NCBI GenBank assembly: GCA_030704615.1
Contig: CM060733.1
Span: forward strand, 18,538,001-18,602,000
Length of the DNA stretch: 64,000 nt
From: Takakia lepidozioides
Lineage: Eukaryota > Plantae > Bryophyta
Direction of reading: 5' to 3'
The notes below the pieces were generated by a model. The model was not told where the DNA came from. It searched no databases and worked only from the letters and a program-made list of their open reading frames with translations. This document shows, piece after piece, positions 51,519-64,000 of the stretch (positions are counted from its first letter, which is position 1; each line of letters begins with the position of its first letter). The position numbers and the translations under genes were made by a program.

Positions 51519-54500
51519 AGCGAAACAATACACACGAAACCATCAAACCTGAGGGGGCGAAAGGTCATAATTTGTTATTACTTCTGTGAGTAACTTGAAA
51601 CCAATTTATTTCTGGGTAAAGGTTTAAGACATTTAGCCAGGTCCACATACTCATGACAACAAGATTGTCTGTGGCTCTCTTTAGACTCCCAAATTCATAC
51701 ACCTATCACTGTTTGGCTTCTTGCGGAAACCTGTCTCTATCTTGTTTCCAGGCCTGACTGGCCCAGACATCGAACCTGAGGACTTTGACTGCAATGCTTG
51801 TCTCAGGATGTAGGCCTTTCCAGGAGACAAAGAAGGAGCAGACCCTGTTGGCATAACTGATACAAGCCCCTGTGCTCTCTGATGCATCATCAGAACGAGA
51901 TCCATTGGAGACAGGAACAGGGGTGCCTACAGTTGGTGGTTGTGGAAAATCATCCAAGCAGACCAACAAAGCAACCAGTCTACACTGCCTAGGCAAGAAG
52001 ACGGGGGCTGAACCTGACATAAGAGCTATGGTCGATGCTTGCCGCCCTGTGGCACCTGCATTCCTTCCTGAGGCATTGCTGGAGGCTAGAGGCACGGGAT
52101 GATAAGACACGCCTGTATTCAGCAATCTGTGCCTCCATGATCAGCAATCTGCTTCACTTCGATTAAAGCTGCACCAACTGATGTTAGATGATTACTAAGA
52201 TGCATACATTTGACTTTCAACTTCTCCAAGAACTTCCAGCTACTTCACAAACAGAGTCAGATTTGTTGATTTGGCATGAGGCTGAGGGGAAAACATATGT
52301 TGGATCAAATGGGCCCCAAAATTTGTATCTTTCAGTTTGACATGTTCCTTATCTTTCAATCCAAATGGTGGTGCCACCAGAATATTAGGATTGAGGTGGT
52401 GTTGCTTCCATAGGAAAACTACAGTTCTAGAGTTGGCAGCTTTTTGGGGGCAGGTGTCGAGATATATAGGGCGCTGTGGACGTTAGCTCTACACCTCTGC
52501 CAGAGCCGGTTTAGAAACACCAACCCGACATTACGATGGTCCTTGTGCCCGAATGATAATCTGGTGCTACATTACGGTATACCATTGACACCATGCTAGG
52601 GTTTGCCCGGTAAAAATTCTGCCCGTCAACAAAGAAACAGCCGAATCAAAGACAACCCATGAACCCCCTGCCATCTCCCCTCGAATTTCGAATGAAGCCC
52701 TGAGCACCATGTAGAAACAAATACAATCAGGGGCTTCAGGGTGGAGAGTGGGAAAGCAAAACCTTTCAGAAAACATGAACAAAAGACCGCACAAGCTCCT
52801 GCCCTTGCAACTTTCAAGCCTTTCTCCTTTCCACCCTTTCCTCCTTTAGGAAGTCTAGAGGCCATGCTCCCCACACGAATTGTACATAAAACACTCCTCT
52901 CTTCATCATAGTAATGCTTCAGCTTTCCTGATATGCATTCATTCCGTCCTAAGCTGGACCCTCCCTCTCTAAGTTCTTCTTCCCCCTCTAGTCGGGAATG
53001 GATTTGGGGTGTACGCATGGACCTCTGGGCACTAGTGCTGCGGTCATTCTCCATTGCCCCTTCAACGGAATCCAGTCCAATTGCGCCATTCCTGTGCGTG
53101 CTTGCCTCCTCCCAAATCTGGGTGAGCGTAGAGTGAGGAGAAGCAGGCAATATCATGCTTGGAGTGAGAGTGGAGTGGGCGGGAGAGGTTGGGAGACTAT
53201 GGAAGGATATTCACTATCCTGCTAATCCAACTGTAATATCATTAGATGAATCCCCCATTACTGTGGCCGGCGATTAACTTTACCCGTCCAGGTTTCCTGT
53301 CTCTGAGCACTTAACACAAGAGCGGGAGTAGGTGAGAGTGGAGAGATGAAAAGAGGGAAGCCTGCGGGATTGGAAAAATTCAGAAGTCCCAAGGGCCTCC
53401 TCCCGCACAATACGGACCCCTCCCCATCTGCGCTACCCTTCCACACTTGGTCCGGATCAATCCTACCTAATCTTGTGAGTGTGGAATTCCTACTAAGAGA
53501 CAGACACATTAGATCCCTAGTTGTTGCTTTTTTCGTTTTCTCCTTGGTGGAGAGATTTGCCAAAATGGATTGCCTTAAGCTTAAACATTAGGAGAAGTCT
53601 GATAACCTTCTTGTGCGGTTGCACTCCTCCTTCAAAGTTGAAGCAGGCTTAGAAAACTCACCCGAGTTAAATGGATGATGTATCTAGATATGAAGCAAGT
53701 GCCAGGGATCATAAAGAGGATTTCCTCATGTACATTTCCTCCTTTCTTCCTTTCTAGACTCTTCAAATGTCCTGAATCCAGGCTGCCTGGGCACTTGTCT
53801 ACGTGCACTCCATACATCGGAGTTGATTTTACTTGTACTGAAAAAGAAATAGTAAAAGTAGAGATTCTCAGGTCGAACGCTCTGTGAACACTTTTGCCTA
53901 ATGGAAGTCATTTTCGCAGCAGAACAGTTAGCCCTCAGTGGGCTGTTGATCTTCACAGATCTGCAAATTGAGCATCAGCAGAGCAACTAAGAAAATTTGG
54001 CTTCTAGCAAAAAGTTGAAGTGTTCAGAATACTTTTCCTACAACAGCTTCTCTTAGGGTGTTTGGCTCACTCTCCAGCTTGCAAGCTTGCTGTTTGTTGG
54101 AATCTGAAGCAAATGACCATGACCATGATATTTCCTTTCTATGCAGAGTAGCCAAGTCAACTTCATGCACTTGCATCAAGATTTACAAATTGTCGTCGAA
54201 TTTCAGAAAATGTTTAGCAGACTAAAAAATTTACTCAAAGACAATCACAAAATCCCTTCTCATACGTTCCATAACTTTTTTCTGCATATCGACAAGTAAG
54301 CTAAGCCCACCAGATCGATGGATTCTTCCTCATGTTGTTATCCATTTGCCTCCATATCGTCGAACAAACTTGTAGGTATATTTCGAATCGCGACTATTAA
54401 GATATATATCCAAGGAAAGGAATCTTGATCCATGTTTTCTCTGTTTAGGAGCACATTAGTGAGTGTTCACATCTGTTTGAGTCATCCATATGTTTCTCTG

Positions 54501-55676
54501 AGTGTTTTTGTTGCTCCTGCCTCTTACACCATGCTGTTCAGAGCTCATCATGTTATGATCTTTACTGTTATGTGAGAGTGGAGTTTTATGTCTTTCTGAC
54601 TAGCAACAATATTGGAGTTTCATGGTGTTCAGCCTTCACGCTCAGGTTATTAGAGTATTAATGGTGGCATGTCCTAGCTTTTGAAGATCGACAGGCTTTC
54701 CTTCATGTCTGCTTTGCTTTCCCCATAAGTATTACGGGTCAAGGACTAATATCACGAATCTTTTGGTCTACATGTGTATGGGTGGTTAAGGACGGTGTCA
54801 GTCATGTGCCAGTCACGGTAGTGGTCAGTACACTTCACTTCTCCAATTTGCTGCATAAACTCTCGGGCGTCAAAGACAATGTGTCATAGCTACATTGAAG
54901 TACCGGTTTCACCCATTCTCTACAGACTAATAATATGTTGTTTAGTTACCAGCAACATTCAGTTAAAGTTCTTCATTGTCCCTGTATTGTATGACATATA
55001 TGCGGAAGAGATCTTTCAGCAGGTGTTGCTTCCAGTAGCCTTTTGGCTACGACCTGAAAAGAGAATGAAGAATGGACAAAATGAAGGAAATTTCTTTCGT
55101 GTGCCCATGGACAAAAAAGGAAGAAAGAATTTCATTATGATCGCAGAGACCCAGAACGCCTATGAACACAGTACTTAGCCTAGGTTCCAAATATGTCACC
55201 AGTCACAACCCACATCCTGTACATAGCAGTGTCCTTGACGGGCGTTTCTTTTTTCTCGCTTTGCCCTTCATTGTGCCTTTGACAGGCACTGACATTATAC
55301 CCAATAAAGTAATGTATCCAAATCAGAAGACCCTTGATTCTCTAGAGAATCACAGATTTTCTGCTTCGTCATAGTTCCAAGGACTGCACCACTGCGTCCA
55401 ACCCGTGACGTTTGACAGGAAGATGTTTGAATCTAACACGATCTCGGGGATGACGATCCTTCTATGACTTAATCAACGAGGGCTAGGTAGAGCTTGTGTT
55501 TGTCTTCCTCCTTTCATGCACTTTCTTGGCCCAACTTATATATACTTGGATGCCAACTTCAATAATACCTACTGCCACACAAGTCTTCAGCTGCCAGCTG
55601 AGAGTGGTCAAAATACAACAGCAGCATAGGTAGATATCGAGTGTGTATTTCACACACTACACACACAGGAGGCGCT

Positions 55677-56943
55677 ATGGGGGGCAAGCAAGCCACATCG
55701 AAGGAGCTATGCAAGCTTTTGGATCTGCAACCGCACCCAGAAGGCGGCTTCTTCAAGGAGAGCTTTCGAGACACAGACATCACCCTTGCTGCGGACTCCC
55801 TTCCCCCTTCATGTATGTAATTGTGTTACACCTCTTTTCATACTCACTTTCATCACGTGTATGTATATGGTCTTTCAAAGCGCTAACGCTGAAACCGCAG
55901 AACCTTCTGGATCTGTTTTGCTGCGGCGGTAGGTGCAGTGTCACCCTTGAATTATGCGTGTACGTGTGAAATGAAGATGTCTTTGTTCAATCTTGAATCT
56001 GATAGCATGTCCTAACTATGTTGAGATTGGTACTCCGAGGTCACTCTCAAAATGAGATGAACCTGATAATATTATGAGCGGTATCTTGCTTTTTCTGAAG
56101 AGTAGAGCACATGGAGATGCATTTGCGCCCAGCAGTTGAGCTTTTTCTGTACACACACTGACAGGGTGGTTGCATTGCAGTTAAGGTGGGGCGGCCAGTG
56201 AGCACAGCCATCTATTTTTTAATGCCTACAGGATCGGTATCCTGCTTGCACCGAATTCCTTGCCCAGAGGTTTGGCACTTCTATGATGGGGAGCCGCTAA
56301 CAGTAAGTAGTGGCACTCTACATCCTTCTTTGCTCAATCTTACAGTGTATCCGGTATCTTCAAAGAAATACTTCAGTGAATTCTACACAGTTTCGAGTAC
56401 TCAGAAGTCACTTCGCAGAAACCAAGTCTCACAAGAGCGCAACGATCATTGTAATCCCTCTACTCACCTGACTTGAACAGGGTTTGATTCTTTCTATTTT
56501 GTCTGTAGTCATTTCCAGAGAGCAAGGCATAATTTTGAGTTTTAGGGTTTTTGTTTCTCTCTCTTCTGCACCCTTTTATGTGCTGTGTTCGGCTGCCATC
56601 CTCATCCACGAATCTGAGTGTGCAGGTATTTGAAATAGATGGTGACGGGAATTTGAAGCACACAGTGTTGGGTCATGATATTGCAGCTGGCCAAAAGTTG
56701 CAATACACAGTGAGACCCATGGTTTGGTTTGGGGCCTACCCGACCAAAGACATTGTCCTTACTAAAGAGGGCAGCTCTTTAGTGAAATCAGGACCAAGAG
56801 ACCCAGAGAGAAATTACTCATTGGTAGGGTGTACGTGTGCACCGGCTTTCCAGTTTGAGGATTTTGAGTTGGCAAGTCGGTCAGAGCTCATGGCGAAGCA
56901 TCCACATGCACAGGCTTTCATTGAGTATCTCACACAGGCCTAG
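55677..56943 (+). CDS. DUF985 / Cupin_5 family protein, 3 exons
   Basis: LDLQPHPEGGFFKE; STAIYFL...LHRIPCPEVWHFYDGEPL; WFGA; SLVGCTCAPAFQFEDFELA; GT-AG introns. Confidence 0.92.
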
Positions 56944-58101
56944 TGAACTATTTTTTTAGTGTCATAGGCACCGTGTCACTATGTTATCAGTCTTTGATCA
57001 ATAGTGACGGCACACTAGAGGGAGTATGGCTGTCACTCAGAAGGAATGCTATGCAAAGGATTATTTATCTTATGGTAGTGGCCAATTTTCTTGAACTGCC
57101 AGAAGAAAACTATTTAGGCTGGTAGTTGGTATTGCTGAGGTCTTCCATAATGAGTGTGAATGATTCTGTATTGTTCTGCGATGAGACAGTTGAGCATATT
57201 ATGCACATTGTAATTTTGGAGGAGTTGGTATGCACCAACACTTGCACACAAAGCATAGTTTATATACATGAGAGACCTCCCTCTTCCTGGCCCAAATGCT
57301 TCTAAGGTCACAGGTCTGGATGCCTCCTCTGTTGACTTTGATCTTTGAAGAGTTTTAACAGGCAGAGGGGAAGGCCCTGAGACAGATCTTGAATCGTGAA
57401 ATTGTTACAATTGCACGTGTATGTTGTGGGAGAGAGACAAGGGACCAGACAGCTTGTGAGTGATAATTAGCAGGGCTATGAAGAGGATGGTAGACTCAGT
57501 CCAGCAGCCCATACAGCTGCTCTACATGAAGAGGTGAAAGACATCATTCCATATTTTTCTGGAGACGTGTGGAGTGTGCACCACTACCCCTGCTAATTTG
57601 TGTTGCGACCAAGACGCCTACAGATTTTTCCAGATTTGGAGGATTGAGGCAGCTACTCTTTGGCTTCTCATTATCTGGCACCAGCTGTGAAAGAAGAATG
57701 GACAGTTAAAAAGAAAGAATGAGCTTCATAAGGTTCCAGTGAAAGAAGGAAAGATTCACTTCCCACTGAATTTATGTAACCCACTTCAAGAGAGACTACA
57801 CGGGTGTTCATGCCAACATATCAAACATCATGCAAGAGAAATGTTTGAGTGTTCTGAAATTTGTAGATTGAAATTGTGGTGTATGTGTTTTACTGAGTGA
57901 TATGAATTCACATGTAAGAATGGGGGTGCGACATTCTGTGTTGGCAAAGAATCACAGCAAGATTTCCCCACAAGGGCACGATGATTTGTTAAGTTCCACA
58001 TTCTCCAGGTCAGTTTGAACTGTACAGTTACAGGACTAATTATGTGTCGGGTAGACATTTTACAAAGGTTGAGGTGTTATGTGACTGGCCCTGCACTACT
58101 G

Positions 58102-60750
58102 CTATTGGGAGTCCAATATTGATTCTGCTTCAGCAGGGCCAAAGGGTCCAGGAGTACTGGTCCATCCTTGCATGCATTGAAGCAGAGGGGCTACAAGGTT
58201 GCCCTCTGAAATGGCATCAAATACCCTTTCTCTCTTGACCAGGAGAAACAGTCCAGCAAACCTGAAAGAAGCGAAGTCCCCACTTCTGACCTCACAAACT
58301 TGTACAGAGGAAAGTTCGGCAATGTTCAATTCTGTTTGGCACTGCAGAATACCCCTTGTTATTGTATGCCTCCCTTACCAGAGGCACAGTTGTATTGAGG
58401 CAGACTCCAGCTCCTCCTCAAAGATTGAAATCCTCTGTCTTCCACAGGAGGATTCCTTTTACTCATTCTCAGGGTTCTTAAGGGAATGCTCCACCAAGAC
58501 TTCCCTCAGCTTCAGCATAAGAGGGTATATAACTAGTTACAACATCAATGTAGCTGAAGACAGGCTGGCAATCCACCACACTCAGAAGGTCTTTCTCACA
58601 GAAACGTGACGGAAAATGTTCGCCATTACTACCTGTAAACAATGTCTTCTTGGTAACCTGGGCAACCACTCGCCTGACTGTTGTCTGCAGTCCAATGTGG
58701 CGCATGGCAGACACCCACCAAGCATGTGGAACTAAAAAGCTCAAAAATCTGCATGGCTTCCTAAGTCTTTCTAACAGATACTAATCGAAGGGAATTCACG
58801 TCCTGGTCGTGCTGCTCAGCACTCTGTACATGGGTAGTCATGGGGTTGGCCACGCAATTCAGCTCAAAGAGGAAAGATGCCATGGCAATCTCCCCTCCCT
58901 TCATGCCATAGTCAAGGATAGGATTGGGTCCTCCACATGGATTCAAAGGCAAACCATTGTTGTAGTAGTCATTGACAAGCTCAGAGAATTGTGCAAACAT
59001 GAGCTATCCAATTGCGGCAATGGCCGAGCGCATGTTGTCCGATAGCGGTTCCCTGGAAATTACCACCATGGAGGGCCCTATCCCTAGAAAGGGTCAACGA
59101 TTGGGTTGTCATTCACGGAGTTGATTTCCCTCTCAATGGCGCATGCGGCATATGACCTCAAGCAGGAAAAGAAAGAAAATCAGCACTTAAAAGGTCAGGA
59201 GAGGGAGCATATCTGGAACACCATCATCACAAGATGTGTGTAAAGTAGACTTGTCTGATTATCTACTCTGGTACCATGTCCCAGATATGAAGAGCCCAAA
59301 TGTGGTTGTATATTCAATGCTAAGGCAACCTACCTGTTGGCCAACCACTGTGGAGAAGTTTGGAGTGCATTGCGATCCTGTTTAGGTTTCTTCAATAGGT
59401 CAGTCTCCTGCAATTTCGCTGCAGCCTTCATGTAACAGCTCCCATAAGAACCCACTCCATGATTGCTGCTGCCTCCATTTGGCCTGGATGATGCTTTAGC
59501 TTATGGGTCAAGGGTCCAGCAAGCTTTCCTTGCATCACCTCACAAAAGAGGGCGGAGAGAACCTCGGCCAGTAGGACTAGGATGTTAGCATCATGACAGA
59601 CTCACAGCTGTTCCATTCACCAGGCCGAGACCTTCCTTTGGCTGAAGTTCAAATGCCTTCTCAACCCCAGCAAGCTTGAGAGCTTCCTTGGCTGAAACCT
59701 CCTCCCCTTCCTCGGTGACAGCTCTGGAGTTGGGTCTGGCAGTAAGAAGCCCTGCAGATTTCATAACATGGTGAGCAGTTGCAACCATGAACCAAACAAC
59801 TTGCTATCCACATAATTGGCTACTTGTGTATGTATTGATCCAATGTGTGCTGTGCACACATTGGCAGCAGGTCCAGATCAGACAAGAGACAGAGAGGGCA
59901 CAGGATACTACTAAATGAACAGAGCAGCTAGTTCATGAGAATGGGAGCATACCGGCAATACATGTACGACAAGGGGACAAGGTCTCCCGAAGCGGTACTA
60001 GTGCCCCTTTGCGGCAATTTGGGAGTGACATGAGCATTAGGAGCTTTTCCATGGCCTCTAGAATTTCCCACCGAATTTCAGAGTACCTCTGCATTAAACT
60101 GTTGGTGCGCACCAGTATCGCAGCCCGTGTAGTGCAAGCTGCAGAGTGTTGACCTTGGCAAGGACACCCGCATTGAGAAACCTGAAATTGCACGAGTCGA
60201 TGCCCAAAATTTTCATTTGAAATAGTCCACAAACGAGAAAACACTTAGGATACATGTCTATGCCAGCAAATTTATGTCCATGCGTGGTTTGATGGATCAT
60301 TTGAAACTGTTGGGTGTCTGCAGATCTTAAATACGTGATACTCCTTGCAGTGTTCGACGATGAGATGCCCCAAAGCCAGTTGTACTGACGCCGTTGTCTC
60401 CCCCATTCATATCTTCTGGAGAACCCAGTTGGAGCTTTCGTCCACTCTCTTCTTAACTTTGGTGCGTTCGAGCACGACTCTCACATCAGAGCGGCGTGCC
60501 ACCGCTGCTACATGGCCGGGTGTAAGGGTCACACCCTCAATGGCCACTTCTTCGTGTACATAAGCTTTTCACCATCTCCTTAACCTCCTCCAGAGGTGGC
60601 TGCGTTCTAGTGCTGCAGCAGCTCGTCCCCAGTTGAGAGGCTGCCATTTGGATGCCTTCCATCGCTTGTATGCAGAGAGAGTCCTTGTGAACTTGGGTGT
60701 TGTTACCGTTCACTGTGGAGGTCAATTTCGTTACCTTTGCCAGCTCCATA
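58102..60750 (-). pseudogene. PAL: Phenylalanine ammonia-lyase pseudogene
   Basis: TASGDLVPLS (MIO), [74 protein letters not shown]; in-frame stops, deletions and frameshifts. Confidence 0.9.
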
Positions 60751-61753
60751 CCTGTTTGTGGCACAATTGAGATGACGATAGCCTTGAACTCGAGTGGTTT
60801 AGAAAGCTATGAATATCACCAACTACCAAATGCGAGAAGCAGGTTGAGGTCAATCACAGAAAGTTGGACGTGTAGTAGCTAAGCACTTGACCCAAAGTGA
60901 AGCAGATCTGCTGTTTTCGAACTGGCAAGAGTCTGTACTCATTACAAGAAGCGGCGTCACTCTTTCCTGTCAAACAAAACGACGTGGTAACTAAAGCAGA
61001 AGAGACTCGAGAGATGAGTAGGATGGGCTGTTGCCATTCATTGCCACCATTGAATTCTTCACAACCTCCCCGCCGCAGTTTCATTTATACCTCATACGTG
61101 CAACTACTCGTTGAAAACTGTGCCTCGATTTGGATGAGGTCACTGCAGTAGAAGATTGTAGTAGTCACACACGGAAAACAATGCTCAACAGCTCAGGTAC
61201 GTAGAGTATGTGTTGTGTTGCTCACTACAATTCCCTAGCCTCATCTCAGCAAGTACTGTGCTGACAAACATCACGTGAAGACTGTTTACTACAAATCAGT
61301 ACTCATGCGTGGCCAAGCAAGTGATTCCTCAGTTAGTATATGATCAGGTGTCTCCTTCGACAAGAAACCACACTGATCATGTTGGTGGGTTGATGCAGTA
61401 TATGATGCCGGCTACTGTAAGAGCTTCCAGACTATCTTCATGAATTTTCATTTGAAATGTTTGAAGTGAAGTGCTTCTTCAGATAAGCTATGATAATGAT
61501 GCCAACATCTGTCTGCACTATGCACCACGCTCATCTTCCCCTTCCTCGAGGCAAGGGCATTGCAGGTTTCCAGGCAAAGTGGTAAGCCAGCAGAAGTGAG
61601 TTACAAGGCCTCGTCAAAGTTCGGAAGGGGTGATTGCAGCATGAACCCAAGCCTTGTTAACATGTATGAGGTATACCAACAACAAATGTAGCTGAGACAC
61701 AGTCATGAATGAATAAACTGTTATGAAACAATGCGTGCACTAGATATGATAGA

Positions 61754-63998
61754 CTAATCGAAGCGCCTTCGTTTGGACCGGGCATGTGGTGCGAGATAGT
61801 CATGAGCTGCACCCGAGCCCACATTTGTAGTTAGAGGCCCGGAAATGTCCTGATCAGATGCAGTAATGGAAGCCTCTTCTCGGTGTCGCCTGCTACTTAT
61901 AACTTGCTCTTGCGCAATGGTTCCATGACTCTCAGCCTCTGGATTCAGCAAAACAATGAGATTACCACCACCTTGTCGAGCAATGCCCGTTGCAGGGCCT
62001 GAGCCCGATGCTCGTTCTTCCGGAGCCGACTGTGACCCTATCATCAACCCCTCAGCCGCTGTGGTCATATCTGAAGAGATCACATTGGGACTGACATCCT
62101 CCAGAACACTGTGGAGGTGGGTTTGTACTGCCTCAGTTGACATCACGCCAGCCGGAGTCGCGGAGCTGGACGGTGCTCGCAACACTCCCCTCGATGGACG
62201 CTCCAGACTCTCCATGATTCGTTCTATGTTGTTAAGCCTTGCGCGCATGGCTGCAAGCCAATCGGCTGCCTGTAGTGGGTTCACAACCAAATTAGGATTG
62301 CCAGAGTCGCCCTGGGGCTGTTGAGCGTCAGCAGCATGCAACCGGCGTTGTTGGGGCAATGCGGCTTGCTGTTGTGGGAATTCTGGCAGGTTCTCTAGAT
62401 TCCCCTCCATGTTCGCCAACCGAGCATGCATCGCAGCAAGCCAGGCAGCTGCCTGCATCAATAAGATCAGAGTTACCTGGTGGTTGTTCCTCAAGTACGA
62501 TATTAGACTACATATGCACTCTCCACAAATCTGTCCAGACAGTCCGAACTTCCACTAGATCATGTTGTCATTGCCATGCAATTTAGCTTCCATCTACGAC
62601 TCATGCAAGCTTGTACTGGTCAACTGATTCATCTGTTAAATCTGAAAACCTGTATCGTCAATTGAGCAGCGCACTGTGAGCTCACCGTATAAGTAGACCT
62701 GGACCAGTTTCCTTTACAATCTAAGCTGTACAGCGAATGAATTTTGCTTTCATAAAAACTATCTGCGAAGAGGAGCTGAGGAACAAGAACGAGAAGAAGC
62801 GGTGGCAGCAGAACATGCAAGCTTATGTTTATAGGAGCTCATGGATCTAGAGTCTAAAACAATGTGAACAAACAAACTGTGGACGTTCATCTTGCAGGTC
62901 CATGGCATTGCCAGTCAGATCTGAGACTTTGTACAATGAATACAGGTTCTTCTACAGCCGTGATTAGGTCTAACATATATGTAATGTTAAAGTGCATTGC
63001 TGCTGCAAGTTAGCATGTACATGGTTAACTGGGTGGTCCGCATAGATCTGTCCAAAGAAATCGAAATCACTGCTGCAGACAAACATGAGCTCGAGAATAC
63101 AAATATGCATGCACGTGATCGAGCTTGTACACCACCTTTTCGACACTGTATGTGAGTTTTCCTTCAAGATTACCTGGACAGGGTTGACTACGAGACGACT
63201 GATGTTGATAATGTCTTCCCATTCTTGGGAGAGGAGGGCAGCTGCTGCAATCATTTGTTGTCTCTCTTCGACCCTGTCAACCAAGTTGTGGGTCATGGCG
63301 GTGGTGGTTCGCGAGGCCGCCAGAGCTGCTCGCAGCTGTTCCCGCCTGTGTGCCATCCGTCGGTGAAGAAAACCTCCCCTCTGATGCCCAGTGCTCTGAT
63401 CCCCAGGCTCCTCACGGAGGTGGCGGGCAGCCCTTCCCATCCGGGATGGTGCATGTTCTGGGGAGGATTCTCCTCTTCTAACACCTGCCTCTCTCTGATC
63501 TACGGGCTCTCTTGTCGCATCCTCGCCTCTTTGTGGGCTTGCTTCTTGTGGAGCCATGGTGGGCCCTGGGTCAACCCTTTCTTCTTGAATTTCTGTGGCA
63601 GGTTCTGCTGGCCTACTACTTTCCACAGCTCCAGCGTTAGACCTGGCCTCAGCCTCGCGGATCTCCCTGTCCCTCTCCTCTCGCTCTCTCTCCCTCTCAT
63701 CCCTCTCACGCTGCTGCCGTGCACTCTCTATCCTGCGTGCCTGTGGCCGCGGTGGTATACGCTCTGACCCCAGTGCTCCCTGCATCCTCGCAGACGCCAA
63801 TGCGTTCTCTCTTCCATAGATGGGCGTTATGCTGCACTCAGCAATGGAGCCTTTGCAAACCGGGCACTCCTTGTGATAAGAGTGTACGTGTAGCCAGCGG
63901 TAAAGACAAGGCCAACAAAAGAGATGGCCGCAGCAGGTGACCACTGCCTCGTTGGCTTTCTGGAAGCAGATGTTGCACTCAAAATTCTCACCAATCAT
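61754..63998 (-). CDS. C3HC4 RING E3 ubiquitin ligase (RMA/RNF5-like RING domain); exon boundaries approximate, may start outside the window
   Basis: FECNICF...VVTCCGHLFCWPCLYRWL...CPVCKG...PIYGR...IPPRP; splice donor near 63173; last exon ends SKRRRFD*. Confidence 0.85.
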
Positions 63999-64000
63999 GC

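Noticed and set aside
51300-51533. N-terminal extension of the 931-aa PPR ORF taken as the real start
   Set aside because: Begins at a non-ATG codon and is the antisense of a DYW fragment; the true start is unresolved
52600-53900. Possible LINE ORF1 relic (CVKCSETGN knuckle-like motif on the minus strand)
   Set aside because: Too degenerate to call without a profile search

Overview
Eukaryotic plant nuclear DNA, most likely a non-seed land plant (bryophyte-like; inferred from gene content and style). The first ~38 kb is mostly nested transposons: the 3' end of an LTR retrotransposon with a long extra ORF, a Mutator-like element (SWIM transposase plus an opposite-strand Ulp1-like gene), a gypsy integrase relic, a hAT-type MITE, LINE relics and a tRNA-derived SINE. 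Host genes are SPIRAL1-like, tRNA-Ile(UAU), COV1/LCV-like, a PLS-class PPR-DYW editing factor, a DUF985 cupin, a PAL pseudogene and a RING-HC E3 ligase. The standout is a young 12.4-kb Ty3/gypsy-type retrotransposon (22878-35319, minus strand). It encodes a complete C5-cytosine DNA methyltransferase between protease and RT and ends its integrase in a PHD finger. It lacks a normal LTR pair and instead has a split, permuted A-B-A...B terminal structure that looks like a 2-LTR circle opened at an internal GACA-GC-TGTC palindrome. Its primer-binding site is self-complementary rather than tRNA-matching, and it carries captured host gene fragments (COX5b, FAX/TMEM14). Single-base frameshifts also occur in a conserved host gene, so many of the element's frameshifts may be assembly errors. 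All protein family calls come from motif recognition by eye; no searches were run.
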